Assembly: GCA_013265495.1 (NCBI GenBank)
Contig: MU058718.1
Location: 1,488,001 to 1,552,000, forward strand
DNA from: Vicugna vicugna
Lineage: Eukaryota
DNA: 64,000 nt
Direction of reading: 5' to 3'
Within the stretch, counting starts at the first letter, position 1. The number at the start of each line of letters is the position of its first letter. Below are positions 50,341 through 62,680 of the stretch, one piece after another. A program made the position numbers and the translations under genes. The notes under the pieces were generated by a model. That model saw only the letters and a list, made by a program, of their open reading frames with translations. It was not told the DNA's origin and ran no database searches.

Positions 50341-50844
50341 CTCCTTACTTACTCCCGCACACAATAAATCATGTCTCTTTGCATCCGCACCTCTTTGCAA
50401 TGAGACTTTTCTGCTTCTCCCATCAAGTGATAAAGGCCTCTTTCCCTCTCTTCTTAATCTGGACTGGACTTCTAACTAATAGAATGCAATGGAAGTTAAC
50501 ATTCTGGAACTTTTGAAACCTGGTCTTAAGTGGCCTTTATCTTCCACTTTTGTTCCAAGAACTCAACTGCTAAGTAAAAATATTCAAACTATCCTGCCGA
50601 AGAGAGAGGGCATGCAGAGATTGATTCTGAACAATAATAGACCACATAGAAAGCGATGCTGTATGAAAAAGAACCAAGATGTTTTTGCTAATAGCCAACA
50701 TCAAGACCCAGAAACATAAATGAGGCCATCTTGGATTTTCCAGCTCCATTTGAGTTGACACCATATAGAGCAGAAGAGCCATCCTAGCTGAACCCTGCCA
50801 AATTCCTGACCCACAAAGTTGTAAGCAATAAAATGGTTATTGCC

Positions 50845-53800
50845 ACTTTAAATTTATCTTCTTTCAACTCATGCATAGATTCTTGAATCCAGCACCACAA
50901 ATGAACTCAGAAAATTCTAACATCCAAAAATATTTTCTTGTACTACCCCTCAGTAGTCGTAAATCCATGCCTGTCAAACACTAGCAATCATTGATCTGTT
51001 CTCTGAACCTATAGTTCCACTTTTGTCAGTGTCACATACATGGAATCATACAGTATTCAACATTTTGAGACTGGTTTCTTTCAAGTAGCATAGTACATTT
51101 GAGATTCTTTCATGTTATGTATTAATAGTTTGTTTTGTATTGTTGCTGAGTAGTATTTCACTGTATGGATTTACTATCCACTGAAGTATTTTGGAGTTGT
51201 TTCCAGTTTTGGTGATTTTGAACAATGCTGTTTTAAGCATTCATGTACAGGTTTCTGTTTGAAAATAACTTTTTTTCTTTGGGGCAAATAACTATAGTGT
51301 GATGCTGGGTCATATGCTGAGTATATGTTTAACTTATAAGAAACTGCTGGATGCTGCTTTCCCACTAACAATGTGCAAGAATATTTGTTGTACAATATCC
51401 TTGTCAGCATTTGCTATTTTCAGGATTTTTATTTTAGTCATTCTAATAGGTATGTAATGGTAATTCATTGTGGTTTTAGTTTAATCACTATTAATGTTGT
51501 CCATCTTTTCATTTACTTATTTGTTGTCTGCATATCCTTTTTGGCAAAATGTTAGCTTAGGTCATTTGTCAATGCTTTTATTGAGTTATTTGTTTTCTTA
51601 TTGTAGAGTTTTGTAAGTTCTTTATATTTTTTGGATACAAATCTTTTGTCAAATATGTGATTTGCAAATATTCTTTCCCAATTTGCTGCTTTTTTCATTT
51701 TCTTAGTGATATCCTTTGAAGAGCAAAATTTAAATTTTGATGATGTGCAATTTATCTTTTTGTTCTTAGATTGTGCTTTTGGTATAGTAACTAAGAATTC
51801 TTTGCCTAATCCAAGGTCAAGGAGATTTTTCTCTTTTAATTTTTTCCCAAATATTTAATAGTTCTACATTGTATATTTAGATCTTTTTTGAGTGAATTGT
51901 TGCATAAGGTGTGAGGTATGTGTTGAGGTCCTGAATATATTTTATTCGATTTATACCTAAATGTTTCAATCTTTTAAGCTATTATAAATGTTACCTTTTA
52001 AAAAAATCTCAGCTTCTAATTGTTCTTTGTTGGAATAGAAAGGCAATTGATTTTTAGATGTTGACCTTGTAACCTGTGACCTTGCTTAAACTCATTAGTT
52101 CTAGGAGCTTTTTTGTATATTCCTTAGGATTTTTTATGTACAATAATGTCATCTATGAATAAGCATAGTTTTTCTTCTTCCTTTCTTATCTGAATACCTT
52201 TTATTTATTTTTCTTGACTTACTACATTTGCTAGTAGTTCTAATATGATATTGAAGAGGAGTGGTGACAGTAATCATCTTGCCATCTAATCATCTTCATG
52301 ATCTTAAGGAGAAAGCATCTGAACTTCTCCCATTAGGCATCATATTAGCATGGGGCTTTGTTAGCACCCTTCTATTTTTAGCTTACTGAGTTTTTAATTA
52401 TGAATGGTTACTGAGTTTTGCCAAATATTTTTTCTTCATCTATTGATAGAACCACATGTTTTTTCCTTGTTTTTTTCCCGTTAATCTAGAGAATTACATT
52501 GATTTTTTCTGTCTTCTTTTTCTTAACATTTTTTATTGAGTTATAATCATTTTACAATGTTGCATCAAATTCCAGTGTTTAGCGCAATTTTTCAGTTATA
52601 CATGAACATACATATATTCATTGTCACATTTTTTTTCACTGTGAGCTACCACAAGATCTTGTATGTATTTCCCTGTGCTATACAGTATAATCTTGTTTAT
52701 ATATTCTACATTTTGAAATTGCAGTTGGTACCTTCCCACCCCCCACCCCCTTGGCAAGCACAAGTTTGTATTCTATGTCTGAGTCTGTTTCTGTTTTGTA
52801 TTTATGGTTTTTGTTTTTTAGATTCCACATATAAGCAATCTCATATGGTATTTTCCTTTCTTTTTCTGGCTTACTTCACTTAGAATGACATTCTCCAGGA
52901 ACATCCATGTTGCTGCAAATGGTGTTATGTTGTTGGTTTTTATGGCTGAATAGTATTCCATTGTATAAATATACCACAGCTTCTTTATCCAGTCATCTGC
53001 TGATGGACATTTAGGCTGTTTCCACATCTTAACTATTGTAAATAATGCTGCTATGAACATTGGGGTGCTGGTGTCTTTTTGAAGTAGGGTTCCTTCTGGA
53101 TATATGCCCAGGAGCGGGATTATTGGGTCATATGGTAAGTCTATTCCTAGTCTTTTGAGGAATCCCATACTGTTTTCCACAGTGGCTGCACCAAACTGCA
53201 TTCCCACCAGCAGTGTAGGAGTATTCCCTTTTCTCCACAGCCTCTCCAGCGTTTGTCATTTGTGGACTTTTGAATGATGGCCATTCTGACTGGTGTGAGG
53301 TGATACCTCATTGTAGTTTTGATTTTCATTTCTCTGATAATTAGTGATATTGAGCATTTTTTCATGTGCCTATTGATCATTTGCACTTCTTCCTTGGAGA
53401 ATTGCTTGTTTAGGTCTTCTGCCCATTTTTAGATTGGGTTGTTTGTTTTTTTCTTATTAAGTCATATGAGCTGCTTATATATTCTGGAGATCAAGCCTTT
53501 GTCAGTTTCATTTGCAAAAATTTTCTCCCATTCTGTAGGTTGTCGTTTAGTTTTACTTGTGGTTTCCTTTGTTGTGCAGAAGCTTGTAAGTTTCATTAGG
53601 TCCCATTTGTTTACTCTTGCTTGTATTTCTATTGCTTGGGTAGACTGCCCTAGGAGAACATTTTTGAGACGTATGTCAGATAATGTTTTGCTGCTATTTT
53701 CTTCTAGGAGGTTTATTGTATCTTTATGTTTAAGTCTTTGATCCATTTTGAGTTTATTTTTGTGTATAGGGTGTAAGGGAGTGTTCTAGCTTCATTAATT

Positions 53801-54423
53801 TACATGCTGCTGTCCAGTTTTCCCAACACCATTTGCTGAAGAAACTGTCTTTATTCCATTGTATATTCTTTCCTCCTTTGTCAAAGTTTAGTTCCCAAAG
53901 TTTGTGGGTTCATTTCTGGACTCTCTATTCTGTTCTGTTGGTCCATATGTCTGTTTTTGTACCAATACCATGCTGTTTATTGATTGATTTTTTTGAATAT
54001 TGAACCAGTCTATATTTCTGGGATAAATCCCTCTTTGCATTGGTACATAATTAATTCTTATAAATTGCTGGATTCAATTTGCTAATATTTTGAGAACTTT
54101 TGTATTTTTATTCATAAAAGATATCTTACTATAGTTTTCTTTCTTGTACTATTTTTGTCAAGATTTGGTATCAAGGTAGTGATGGGCTCATAAACTGCAT
54201 TGAGAAGTAACTGCTTCCTGTTCTGTTTTCTTGAAGTTATTTTTTTCCCTCTTGCAACATTCAGCCTGCATGTATAGGAGGAAAAACCAAAACAAAAAAT
54301 AGAAAAACTCATTGCTGGGTTGTTTCTTGAGTCCTGCTTGCTTTCATGGTCTCCTGATCATTGTTCTACGTATTTTGTGCATGATTTTTTATTGTACGCT
54401 ATGGTAGTGCCATAACAGGGGCC
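50845..54423 (-). mobile_element. Older LINE-1 (L1M-type), internally deleted, hosting a younger L1
   Basis: Antisense L1 3' UTR and ORF2 motifs: 'atggaatcatacagtat', 'ctttgcctaatccaaggtca', 'gatttggtatcaaggtagtgatgggctcata'. Confidence 0.85.
52509..53978 (-). mobile_element. Younger lineage-specific LINE-1, 5'-truncated (~1.47 kb), with frameshifted ORF2 C-terminus
   Basis: Consecutive minus-strand ORFs carry [61 protein letters not shown] and DLPYDPIIPLLGIYP..KLWYIYTMEYYSAIK. Flanked by a short 'attgatt' duplication. Confidence 0.95.
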
Positions 54424-54499
54424 TGGTTATAGTTTTAAGCCACTAAATCTGGGAGTCGTCTATTAGGCAATAATAGATAACAACAATTCTTCTCATTTT

Positions 54500-54795
54500 T
54501 CACTCATCTTGATCCTATTTGCCCTTCAGTTTCCAGTTTAAGTGTTAGTTCCTCAGGGAAACTTTCTCTAATTGTTGAATCTGAACTAGATCTTAGCTAT
54601 TAATCTGATTATCCCATGTGCTTTCCTTCACAAACTTTGGTCAACTTATAATTAGTTTATTTGTTTGTGTCCTTGAATTATTAGCCAGTGTAAAGTGAAT
54701 GTTTAGCACAGGGCTTGGCACATAATATGCACTCAAAAAGCATTGCTGAATGAGTGAAGGAATTAAGTTTTAAAAAGAATAAATGAATGAATGTG
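54500..54795 (+). mobile_element. L2 3' end
   Basis: 'ttcctcagggaaactttctct...tagcacagggcttggcacataatatgcactcaaaaag...gaataaatgaatgaatg'. Confidence 0.75.
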
Positions 54796-55579
54796 CAAAA
54801 CTATAACTTATAATTCTTGAGAGGTATCTTCACATGCAAAGGGCAGACTACATATGGTTAAACAGTTCAAAAGCTAACAAAATTTCTCTCATTAAAAATT
54901 AAGCTCCTTTTTCCTTTCTGTTGATCACTAGTGGAAGTAAACACTGAACAGTGGCTAGCCTTCATCTTCTATTTTGTATATATACACAGATGTACACATG
55001 TATATACATATCTATACATTTATAACATATATGTTTATAGTATATTACACATGAGATATATATGTGAAATAGATAGTTATCATCCTACTTTTCTTGCCTT
55101 CCAGATGTTTCTCCACATTCTTTGTAAACTCCTTGGATTCTTTCATTTTCTTACGGGACTTTCATTGAGTTGCTTAAAGAGTTGAGCCCCCCATTGTTCC
55201 TTCTTTACCCTTATGCTTGACCCTAGTTACCCTCAAAAAGTCTTGCACCTTCACATCCCATTGCTTCTGGGAATCTTTCTAGTCCCTGCTCTCAAACCTC
55301 ATTAGTCCGTCTTGTCTGCAGCTCTCTGATATGATCCATGGCTTTAAGTATGTTTTTAGTTTCTTCATCCATTACCGTTGGACCAGATGTTGTGGAACTT
55401 CTCATACTTCCTGGGCTCACCCCAGCCCTCACCTCAACTTTGATTCTAATTCCCCTTTAATTAGAGCCCTCAAAGTGCAGAAAAACCACACCCACTGCAA
55501 TACCAGTCCCTGCTAGCAAAATTGCAACCTGGGTCCAGTCCCTGCTTGCCTGGGAAGGAAGATTTGCCACCTAGCTTGT

Positions 55580-56190
55580 TGCAAACATAAATGGAACTCA
55601 ACAGCATGGAACCATCATCGAACAATTCATGTGGTCTTGCTGGCTTTATTGATTATATTGCAATTCAATCTGTTGTGCAAAAGATCTTTTATTATTTTAA
55701 CTATAATAGGAGCTGATTTTTTCTACCTTCCTAAATGATTACATGAACTATCTTTTAACTTTTTTCTTGGTATCATTTTAAAATCAGTTATCTACTGGGC
55801 TATTACAGAGTTGGAACCCCAGAACTTAGTAAAGGGAGAAAGACTGTTTCTCAACTAAAATGCCCAAGATTGGTATAAGTTTTCTGCGTTTTGTCGTCAT
55901 TGTTGTTGGTAGTGTCATGTTTATTTGTTTTGGTTCTTTTTCTACTTCTTGTAGTTTTCATGTTTTTCCTTTTCGATGCAGCCATTAATTTCCTGTTAAA
56001 GTATGTGACTTTTTAAAAATTGTTTCTAATTTGCTATAAACATTATTTAGAGAAAAAAACTTATTAACTTGTAGTCTTTTAGTCTTTCTTTTGACTTTTC
56101 TTGTCTATTTCTGGTTTGAATTTTTTTTACAACTATTATATTATTGCTTTTATATTTGTAATTTATAAAAAGTACATTTTTAAATGAATT
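55580..56190. repeat. Probable ancient unclassified interspersed repeat (MamRep605-like)
   Basis: Recalled similarity of 'cagaacttagtaaagggag...tttctcaactaaaatgcccaagattggtataagttttctgcg'; not verified. Confidence 0.3.
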
Positions 56191-56800
56191 AAAAATAGTA
56201 TTGACCTCAGGGGAGAGTTGTGAATATTAAACACATGAAATTGTGTAGGAGAGTGTCTTATGCTTACATAAGTGCTCAGTAACCATTAGCTATTAGTTTT
56301 TGCTTTTGTGCCTTGTCTTAGAGACAGTCCAGCTCTGCATTTGCAGCTCCTGTGAGACATCTCTTGGCTGTTCTACTTATACTTCAAGTTACAGACTTGA
56401 ATTTACCACCTTCCTTCACTGCCACCCAAACCTGTTCTTCCTCCTGTGTTTCTTCATGCTGCTAGTAGCACCGTTTTACTATCATAGACTCAAGTTGTTC
56501 AAGTCACCTTTGATTTTTCTCTCAACCAAAACTATTCCCAAGTCCTCTTTACTCTACTTTGTAATGTTTCTTAAGACTTTACTTTTCTCTCCATACTCTG
56601 GCTCATCTGGGCTTAATGCTTTGGTCTCTGGACTAATGAAATAGTGTAACTGCCTTTGATTTCCAGCCTCTGAAATATACTCTTCACACTTAGATTATTT
56701 TTCCTACAGAACATGTCTGCTAATGTCTCCTTCCTACTCATTAACTCTCGTTGGCTACCCAACGTGTACTGAATTAAGTCCTTCCACTCTCCTGTCCCAG
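56190..56800. mobile_element. MIR 3' fragment followed by an L2 fragment
   Basis: 'cataagtgctcagtaaccattagctatt'; 'gagacatctcttggctgttc...gacttgaatttaccaccttcc..cccaaacctgttcttcctcctgtgtt'. Confidence 0.65.
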
Positions 56801-57074
56801 TCCACCTCTGCAGTCTGCTTCAGCAACTCCTTCCGGCTTTGTACCCTCCAGGCTAGTTATTTAACTTATGCTAAAATTCTAAATGGTAACATTCTAACTA
56901 AACGTCTATGACTTTTGCATGACAGGTAGTGAATGGACTTTGATCACCTCTGTCTGGGCTTCTAAGAAGTCTCTTTGGTTGGCTTTTAACAGATTCTTGG
57001 CTTTATTCTGGATTGATGAGATTGTCAAATAGCCGAGTTCCTTATAGGTGAAGTTTCCTGCCATTAAAAAAACA

Positions 57075-57123
57075 TACAATACACACCCATATGCACACAC
57101 CACAAACACATACATACATACAT
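57075..57123. repeat. Imperfect (CA)/(TACA) microsatellite
   Basis: acacacccatatgcacacaccacaaacacatacatacatacat. Confidence 0.7.
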
Positions 57124-58734
57124 GCTAAGGAATACTTTGGAATTTCAACAATATTAATTCTTTACCTCAAATGCAGTAGATACCAGAGAAATACGTTTCC
57201 ATTTCCTTTTACATTGGACATATTTGCAACTTGAGAACAAGAGCCAGTGTTGGTTTTCAGACAGAATCCATTTAATTAATCATACTATTTGAACAGCTGG
57301 GGAGGCCATATATTTATACAAGAGCTTAACATTCTTTCAAAAATTGTCAAGTATGAATCAAAATAATATTATTTCACTGTTTAATGATACACTATTTATC
57401 TTTAAATTTTATTCACACCTAACTTTATAAATCAATAGTTCCAGTCTTTGAGATACATTAATACCTATGTTTAAATGCTTTCTAAAAGCTCTGTCATATG
57501 CAGTGTGGTAAAACAGAGCTAAGGTTCTATTTACCACAGGGACTCATTTCGAAAGTGTGTGATTTTCCAATTTTTGTTTCTAAATTTGACAAGCAATGGA
57601 TCGAGAAGAAATAACTTGATAAAATTATATTGCCCTTGATAGTCACCAGCAGAAAGATGAACTTTTCTCATTAAAAATGGCAAAGTTTGTCTTATTCAGT
57701 GCAGCAGCATAAATTCTGTGCAGACAACTGTGAGTAGAAGACATAGTAAAACTGAATTCTTGCTTTAAATCACTCAGGAACACAATTTTAAAGAAAAAAT
57801 TTGAACATGCAAAATAAGAGAAAAATAAGTAGGAAAACTTTATAAAACTAGTTTTAATGCTGAATTCTAGCTTCTTTTCCTAAAGTAAAGACTAATTTGA
57901 AAGACAGACTTTGGATTCTGCTAGAGATAATCTGATAGGAAACCCAAGCATGATGAAAAATTATTTAAATGCAAGTGACTTAGCAACACCTGTCCTTTGG
58001 GTGCAGCCAATGTGGTCAGGGCCCCCAAGGACCACAAAGAGGGCCTCAGAATTGGGACGTATTTCAAAAAAGCTATAAAGGGGCAGAAGCTCCCTGAGAC
58101 CAAATCTGAGGATAAAAGGAAGGACAGGCAACTGAAACATGGCATGGTCAAGTTGAGTTTTTCCATTGTGGGTTACATCATTCCCGGATAAAGCGCTTAT
58201 GGTTTGCATGGCTGATGCCATATGATTCTGACAGTTATGTTAAGATTCCAGTGAAGGCAGGGCATATGCTCTTCCCTCTGGGGATAAAGCGGAAGGTGTC
58301 CACTGCAGGCTGGTCCTGAGAAAAACCCAAGGCTTTTTATGCACTAACTTAGCCTTGAGATTCCTATGAGTTGTGAACCAAGGTGCGCATACTCACATAC
58401 CCCCCCACATATCTCTCAGGCTGCCTTCACCTTTCCTGTTTCTTCTCCACTTGTTTAATTTAAATACATCTCTCTGTACAGGAAGAAGGGCATGTGTTAT
58501 TGGGTTCTCTGTTCTACAGTCCATAGGGGTGGTCCTGTTTCCCCCAACCCCACCACTGTCTGGGATTGGACTGAGAAAGAGAAAGTTGTCACAGAGAAGG
58601 AAAGCCAGTCTTCACCCTCTAGAATTTTAACAGTACATTAGAGGAGATGCAGAGACACCCAAAAGTATGAGCTTCAGAATGGAAACATTGACCTCCTATG
58701 TGAAATTGTCAGGTGCAGGTCAATGATCTTTAAT

Positions 58735-59200
58735 GCCATTCATTCATTCACTCATTCTCTCATTCATTCTACAGATACTTACTGAACATTTACTATCAGG
58801 CAAGTTCATAAGCACTGGAGAAATAAGAGAGAACAACACTCAACCCCATCTCTGCCCTCATGGAACTCTCAAAATAGTGGAGCAGAAAGACAATCAAATT
58901 AGACATAAATATAACATTAATACTGTGATACAAAGAACATAGTAATATGAGAGCCTATTATAACTGTATATGGTGCAGTTGGGAAGAGAAGTCTGTCACG
59001 AGAGACAGAAACTGAGCAGGACACAAGCAAACCACGTGACCATGAGGGAGTAGTTTTCCATGCAGGATGGGAACATGGCAAGAGGCACTGAGAAAGGGCC
59101 AGCGTGCTAGGAGTGGAGAAAGCATGGGGGAGATGATGGAAAATGAGATGTGATAGGGAAAGGAGCTCAGACTCCGCACTGTTTGGAGGCTTCACTTAGG
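58735..59200 (-). mobile_element. L2 3' end
   Basis: 'cattcattcattcactcattc...cagatacttactgaacatttacta..aggcaag...ctctgccctcatggaactc'. Confidence 0.75.
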
Positions 59201-61479
59201 ATTTCATTTCGAGTAGAAAGCAAGAGTAGCGCATCCTTTGCAGTAATTAGCCAGGAGCATCACGTCCAGCCCAGACAGAGGTACGATGAGACCTGCGCAG
59301 TCTAGAGTCCAGCAGAGCTGAGTACAGTAAAAGCACACCCACCCTCCCAGCGTACAGTAATTGCTGGGGACAGCAATATTAAGAGATGGCTTCTTGAATA
59401 GGGGCCAAACCACTACTTGGTTAAAACAGGGAAGTTTTGACTAGCTCCACTAATAAATAATGAACCCAGTATCCTTTGCCCGGCCTTCACTCTTTCACAT
59501 AAATTCAATATGTTAATGCATCTGTAACAAATTAAGTGTCTCTTAAAAGTCCCTTAAAAGTCTCCAAATCTTTTAAAATTTAGAGTGCCTATGGAAAACA
59601 AATAAGCAAAATCCTTGACCTTTTCGCTATTCATAAGTAAGATCAATGAAGTATGCCAAGAACCCAGAAACCTTTCTAGTCCAAAATTTTTCAAAGGAAT
59701 TTGCTTTTATGAACCCAAAGCAAAATTGGAAATCTCTTTCAAAAAATTAACTTGCTTGGTTAGCTTTTGATAATGGAGTCAAGAAAATACTAACATATTC
59801 CAGTCGCAGTGCAGAATAACCTAATCTCCAAAACTCACACTGATATTTGACATATGTAGCCTAGACAACCCTTGGAATCTAAGAGTAGCAATTTAAGTTG
59901 TTTATTCTTACATAATGGGAAAGGAGGCATGGGAAGAATTTCTATTTCCCATTAGCCAGTGTCACATGTCCCTTCTGTGTTCTGGTGAGCATTTTCTATA
60001 ATAACCCATTAAGCTGATCTGTAACAACCAATAAAATACCTGAGACCATGCAGGAAATCCAGACAGAACCTTGGAATACAGAGATAACAAGAAGAACGTC
60101 TTCTGTCAGCACATTTGAAATAACAAATTTGATTTTTGTCTTATTTTGAAAAAAAAAATGAAGAATGGGGAAGGAGACGCTATTAAAGAACAACCACAAG
60201 GAGTCAGCAATTTCTGAGTTTTTCAATTAAGTTGCCCATTTTAAGGCTATTACACTGCTCCCTGAATCAAAAGGATTAACAATTTTCCTCTTAGCAATTA
60301 GAAAGGTAGAATTTTACTATGCAGCACATGAGGGGGGGACTGTACAAGAAGTTAGAATTAACTAAATCTCCACTGAGGACCACCCAAGAAGAGCTAAATG
60401 AGGGGTTACTTTCAAGTGGGGCTGGGATCAAAGATTGAGAGAGATTAGAACCAATAGGAGGTTAAAGGAAAACATCTGGTCCTTTGCAGTAATCACCAAT
60501 AGAGAGGTGGATCCTCCTCGGGGTAAGAGCAGGCCATCTGACCACCACAAGCCTGCAACACACCATAGAATGCTGATTCCATGGGGGTGGACAGTGCTGT
60601 CATTCTGCAAGAAATGCTCCCAGACCTTCAGAAAAATGAATGGGCGTCTTTCTTCATGAGGCAGAATGCAAATATACAATTCAGCGTCGGGGTTTGAAAT
60701 GCATTTTTGTTCCCTACTGGGGCAACATAGTCACACTGTGTATTGAGTATAAGCCCGCCACAGTCTTCCTCTCGTGAAACCCATCACTGTGAATGGTGAA
60801 GGTGGACACTGACCTTTTAGGGGAGCAGCTTAGAGCTGAGGCCATCAGAAAAGGAGGTGACACATATTAATACTGATTTTAATTAGCCTGATAGCTTTGG
60901 CTTCTATAATAAATGCCCATGTCTGCTTAGTCCAGAGGTGTGAAAGTCCTGGGGAGAAAATGGAAATATTCGAAAGGAATAAAAGGGAAAGGAGAAGTTC
61001 CTTTTTTTCCTAATAAAAAAGTCTTTGAGGACTTTATTTTAGAACATTCCTGCTTTTTGTAGTATGAGCCTTTTAAAACAGGAGCTTACTTTTACATGGT
61101 TTCTATACAAAATGTAATTGTACCTTATTTCCTATTCTTCAGATGATCCTGCACAGTTAATTACCCAAAGGAATGACAAAACAGCGCTCAGAATGACATC
61201 TTTAAATGTGCCAATTTTATCTATTATCTCTGCATATCACATTTCCTTAGAGGAATTCCAAGGAAAAAATTTTAAAGAATCAGAGCAAACGTGTTTGCCC
61301 GACTCCTATCTAACAGGAAGGCGGCTGGGACGAGCTCCTGTGTGCGCTTGGCCACTGGGTCATAGAGGGCAGTGGGCTGTTTCCTTAGGCTCCGAGTGAA
61401 GAGAGGGGCACACGTTCTGAGCATCACCTCTCCGCACGACACTTTCATCACCGATGAGCTTGTGAGAGGGAGACTCTTG

Positions 61480-61600
61480 GACTACCAGGGCTGGAAGGGA
61501 CAGCTGAGAGTAGACCATTTCACTTTTCCAGTGAGGAAACCAAGGTCTGAAGGAGTCACAGGTGGCAGAATTGGAGCCCCTTCCTGCTGGGCTTTATCTG
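61480..61600. mobile_element. MIR fragment
   Basis: 'ttttccagtgaggaaaccaaggtctgaaggagtcacaggtggcagaattggagccc'. Confidence 0.6.
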
Positions 61601-61959
61601 CATACAGTACTGGTTGCAGCTCAGGGCTTCCTCGCCTTTCCCCCAGGTCTCACGATCACCGTTCCAGGTGTCACTCAACCTGGTCGGTGGCCTCCACTTT
61701 CCCTCCGCTCTGTGTCAGACAGCTAAAAGGTGGAGGAACAAGGGCCAGAGAGCCTCAGCCCCAGAGTCAGTGCTGCGGGCAGGAGAAAGGGGAACTTAGA
61801 ACAGGAGACCACTGGCTTCTAGCTCTCTCCCCACTTAGAAGTGGGTCTCCTTACTAACCTAGCTAAGGGTTCCCCCTTCTGCGTTTCTTAATTTCTTCTT
61901 TGGACCTCAGGTGTACAATATGGGGAATTATCTTGTTCCTCAGTTGGTGGTGATCACCA

Positions 61960-62680
61960 TCTGGCCATGCAACCCTCCCCCCCTTTAAAATTTGATTATT
62001 TTCCCTCTTTGTCCTCGTCCTGCTTCCCACTGCTCTCCCTCCCATAGGCAGCCCTTCTAACAGCCCCTCTGTTTACTATACGTCCTTGGATATCCATGTG
62101 TCCTTGAAGAATTTAGTGTTCCTTTGTGTGGTACCTGTTTTTAGTTTACATAAGTAATACTGCACTCAACTCTCCTTCAATTTGTTACATTTTCTTCTCT
62201 TCTCTTATTAAGATCTATCAATGTCTATAAATCTAGCTTATTACTACAAACTGCTGCATATTATGAAGTTGAATGTATCATCACATTTTACTTATCCATT
62301 GCTTCTAGTGATGGGCATCTGGGTTGCCACCAGTCCCAGCTACCATAAGTAATGTTGCACAGAATATTCTCATATGTCCCGTTTAGACAGCAGAGAATTT
62401 CTCTTGAGGACTATATCTGAGATAGACAACAGAGCCACGGGGGAGATGCACGCTTATATTCACCACATATGCATGTATTGCTCTCCGGAATGTTGGTCCT
62501 GGTCCATATGCCCACCTGTGACATAGGAGAATGCTCACAGCCTCACTAGCACTTGGTTTGCTGTGACTTTTTCATTGTTGTCAATCATGGCTCCCTCCTC
62601 ATTACTAACAGGGCTTTTGATTTGGCAGTTTGAATCATTATTTTTGTGTTATATTTTTCTATTTTGTGAAATTGTATTGA
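61960..62680 (-). mobile_element. Old LINE-1 (L1ME-like) 3' fragment
   Basis: 'cacattttacttatccattgcttctagtgatgggcatctgggttgccaccag...ctaccataagtaatgttgc'. Confidence 0.7.

Larger units (their letters stand above)
50400..54485 (+). mobile_element. MLT1 (G/H-like) LTR split by L1 (pieces ~50400-50840 and 54424-54485)
   Basis: 'gagccatcctagctgaaccctgccaaattcctgacccacaaa...aataaaatggttat' resumes as 'tggttatagttttaagccactaaatctgggagt...gcaataatagataac'. Confidence 0.75.

Noticed and set aside
52818..53746. L1 ORF2 peptides as an active or domesticated gene
   Set aside because: The element is 5'-truncated, lacks the endonuclease and RT core, and is broken by frameshifts.
61372..61857. 161-aa plus-strand ORF
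   Set aside because: It starts at GTG, spans a MIR fragment and has no recognisable homology.
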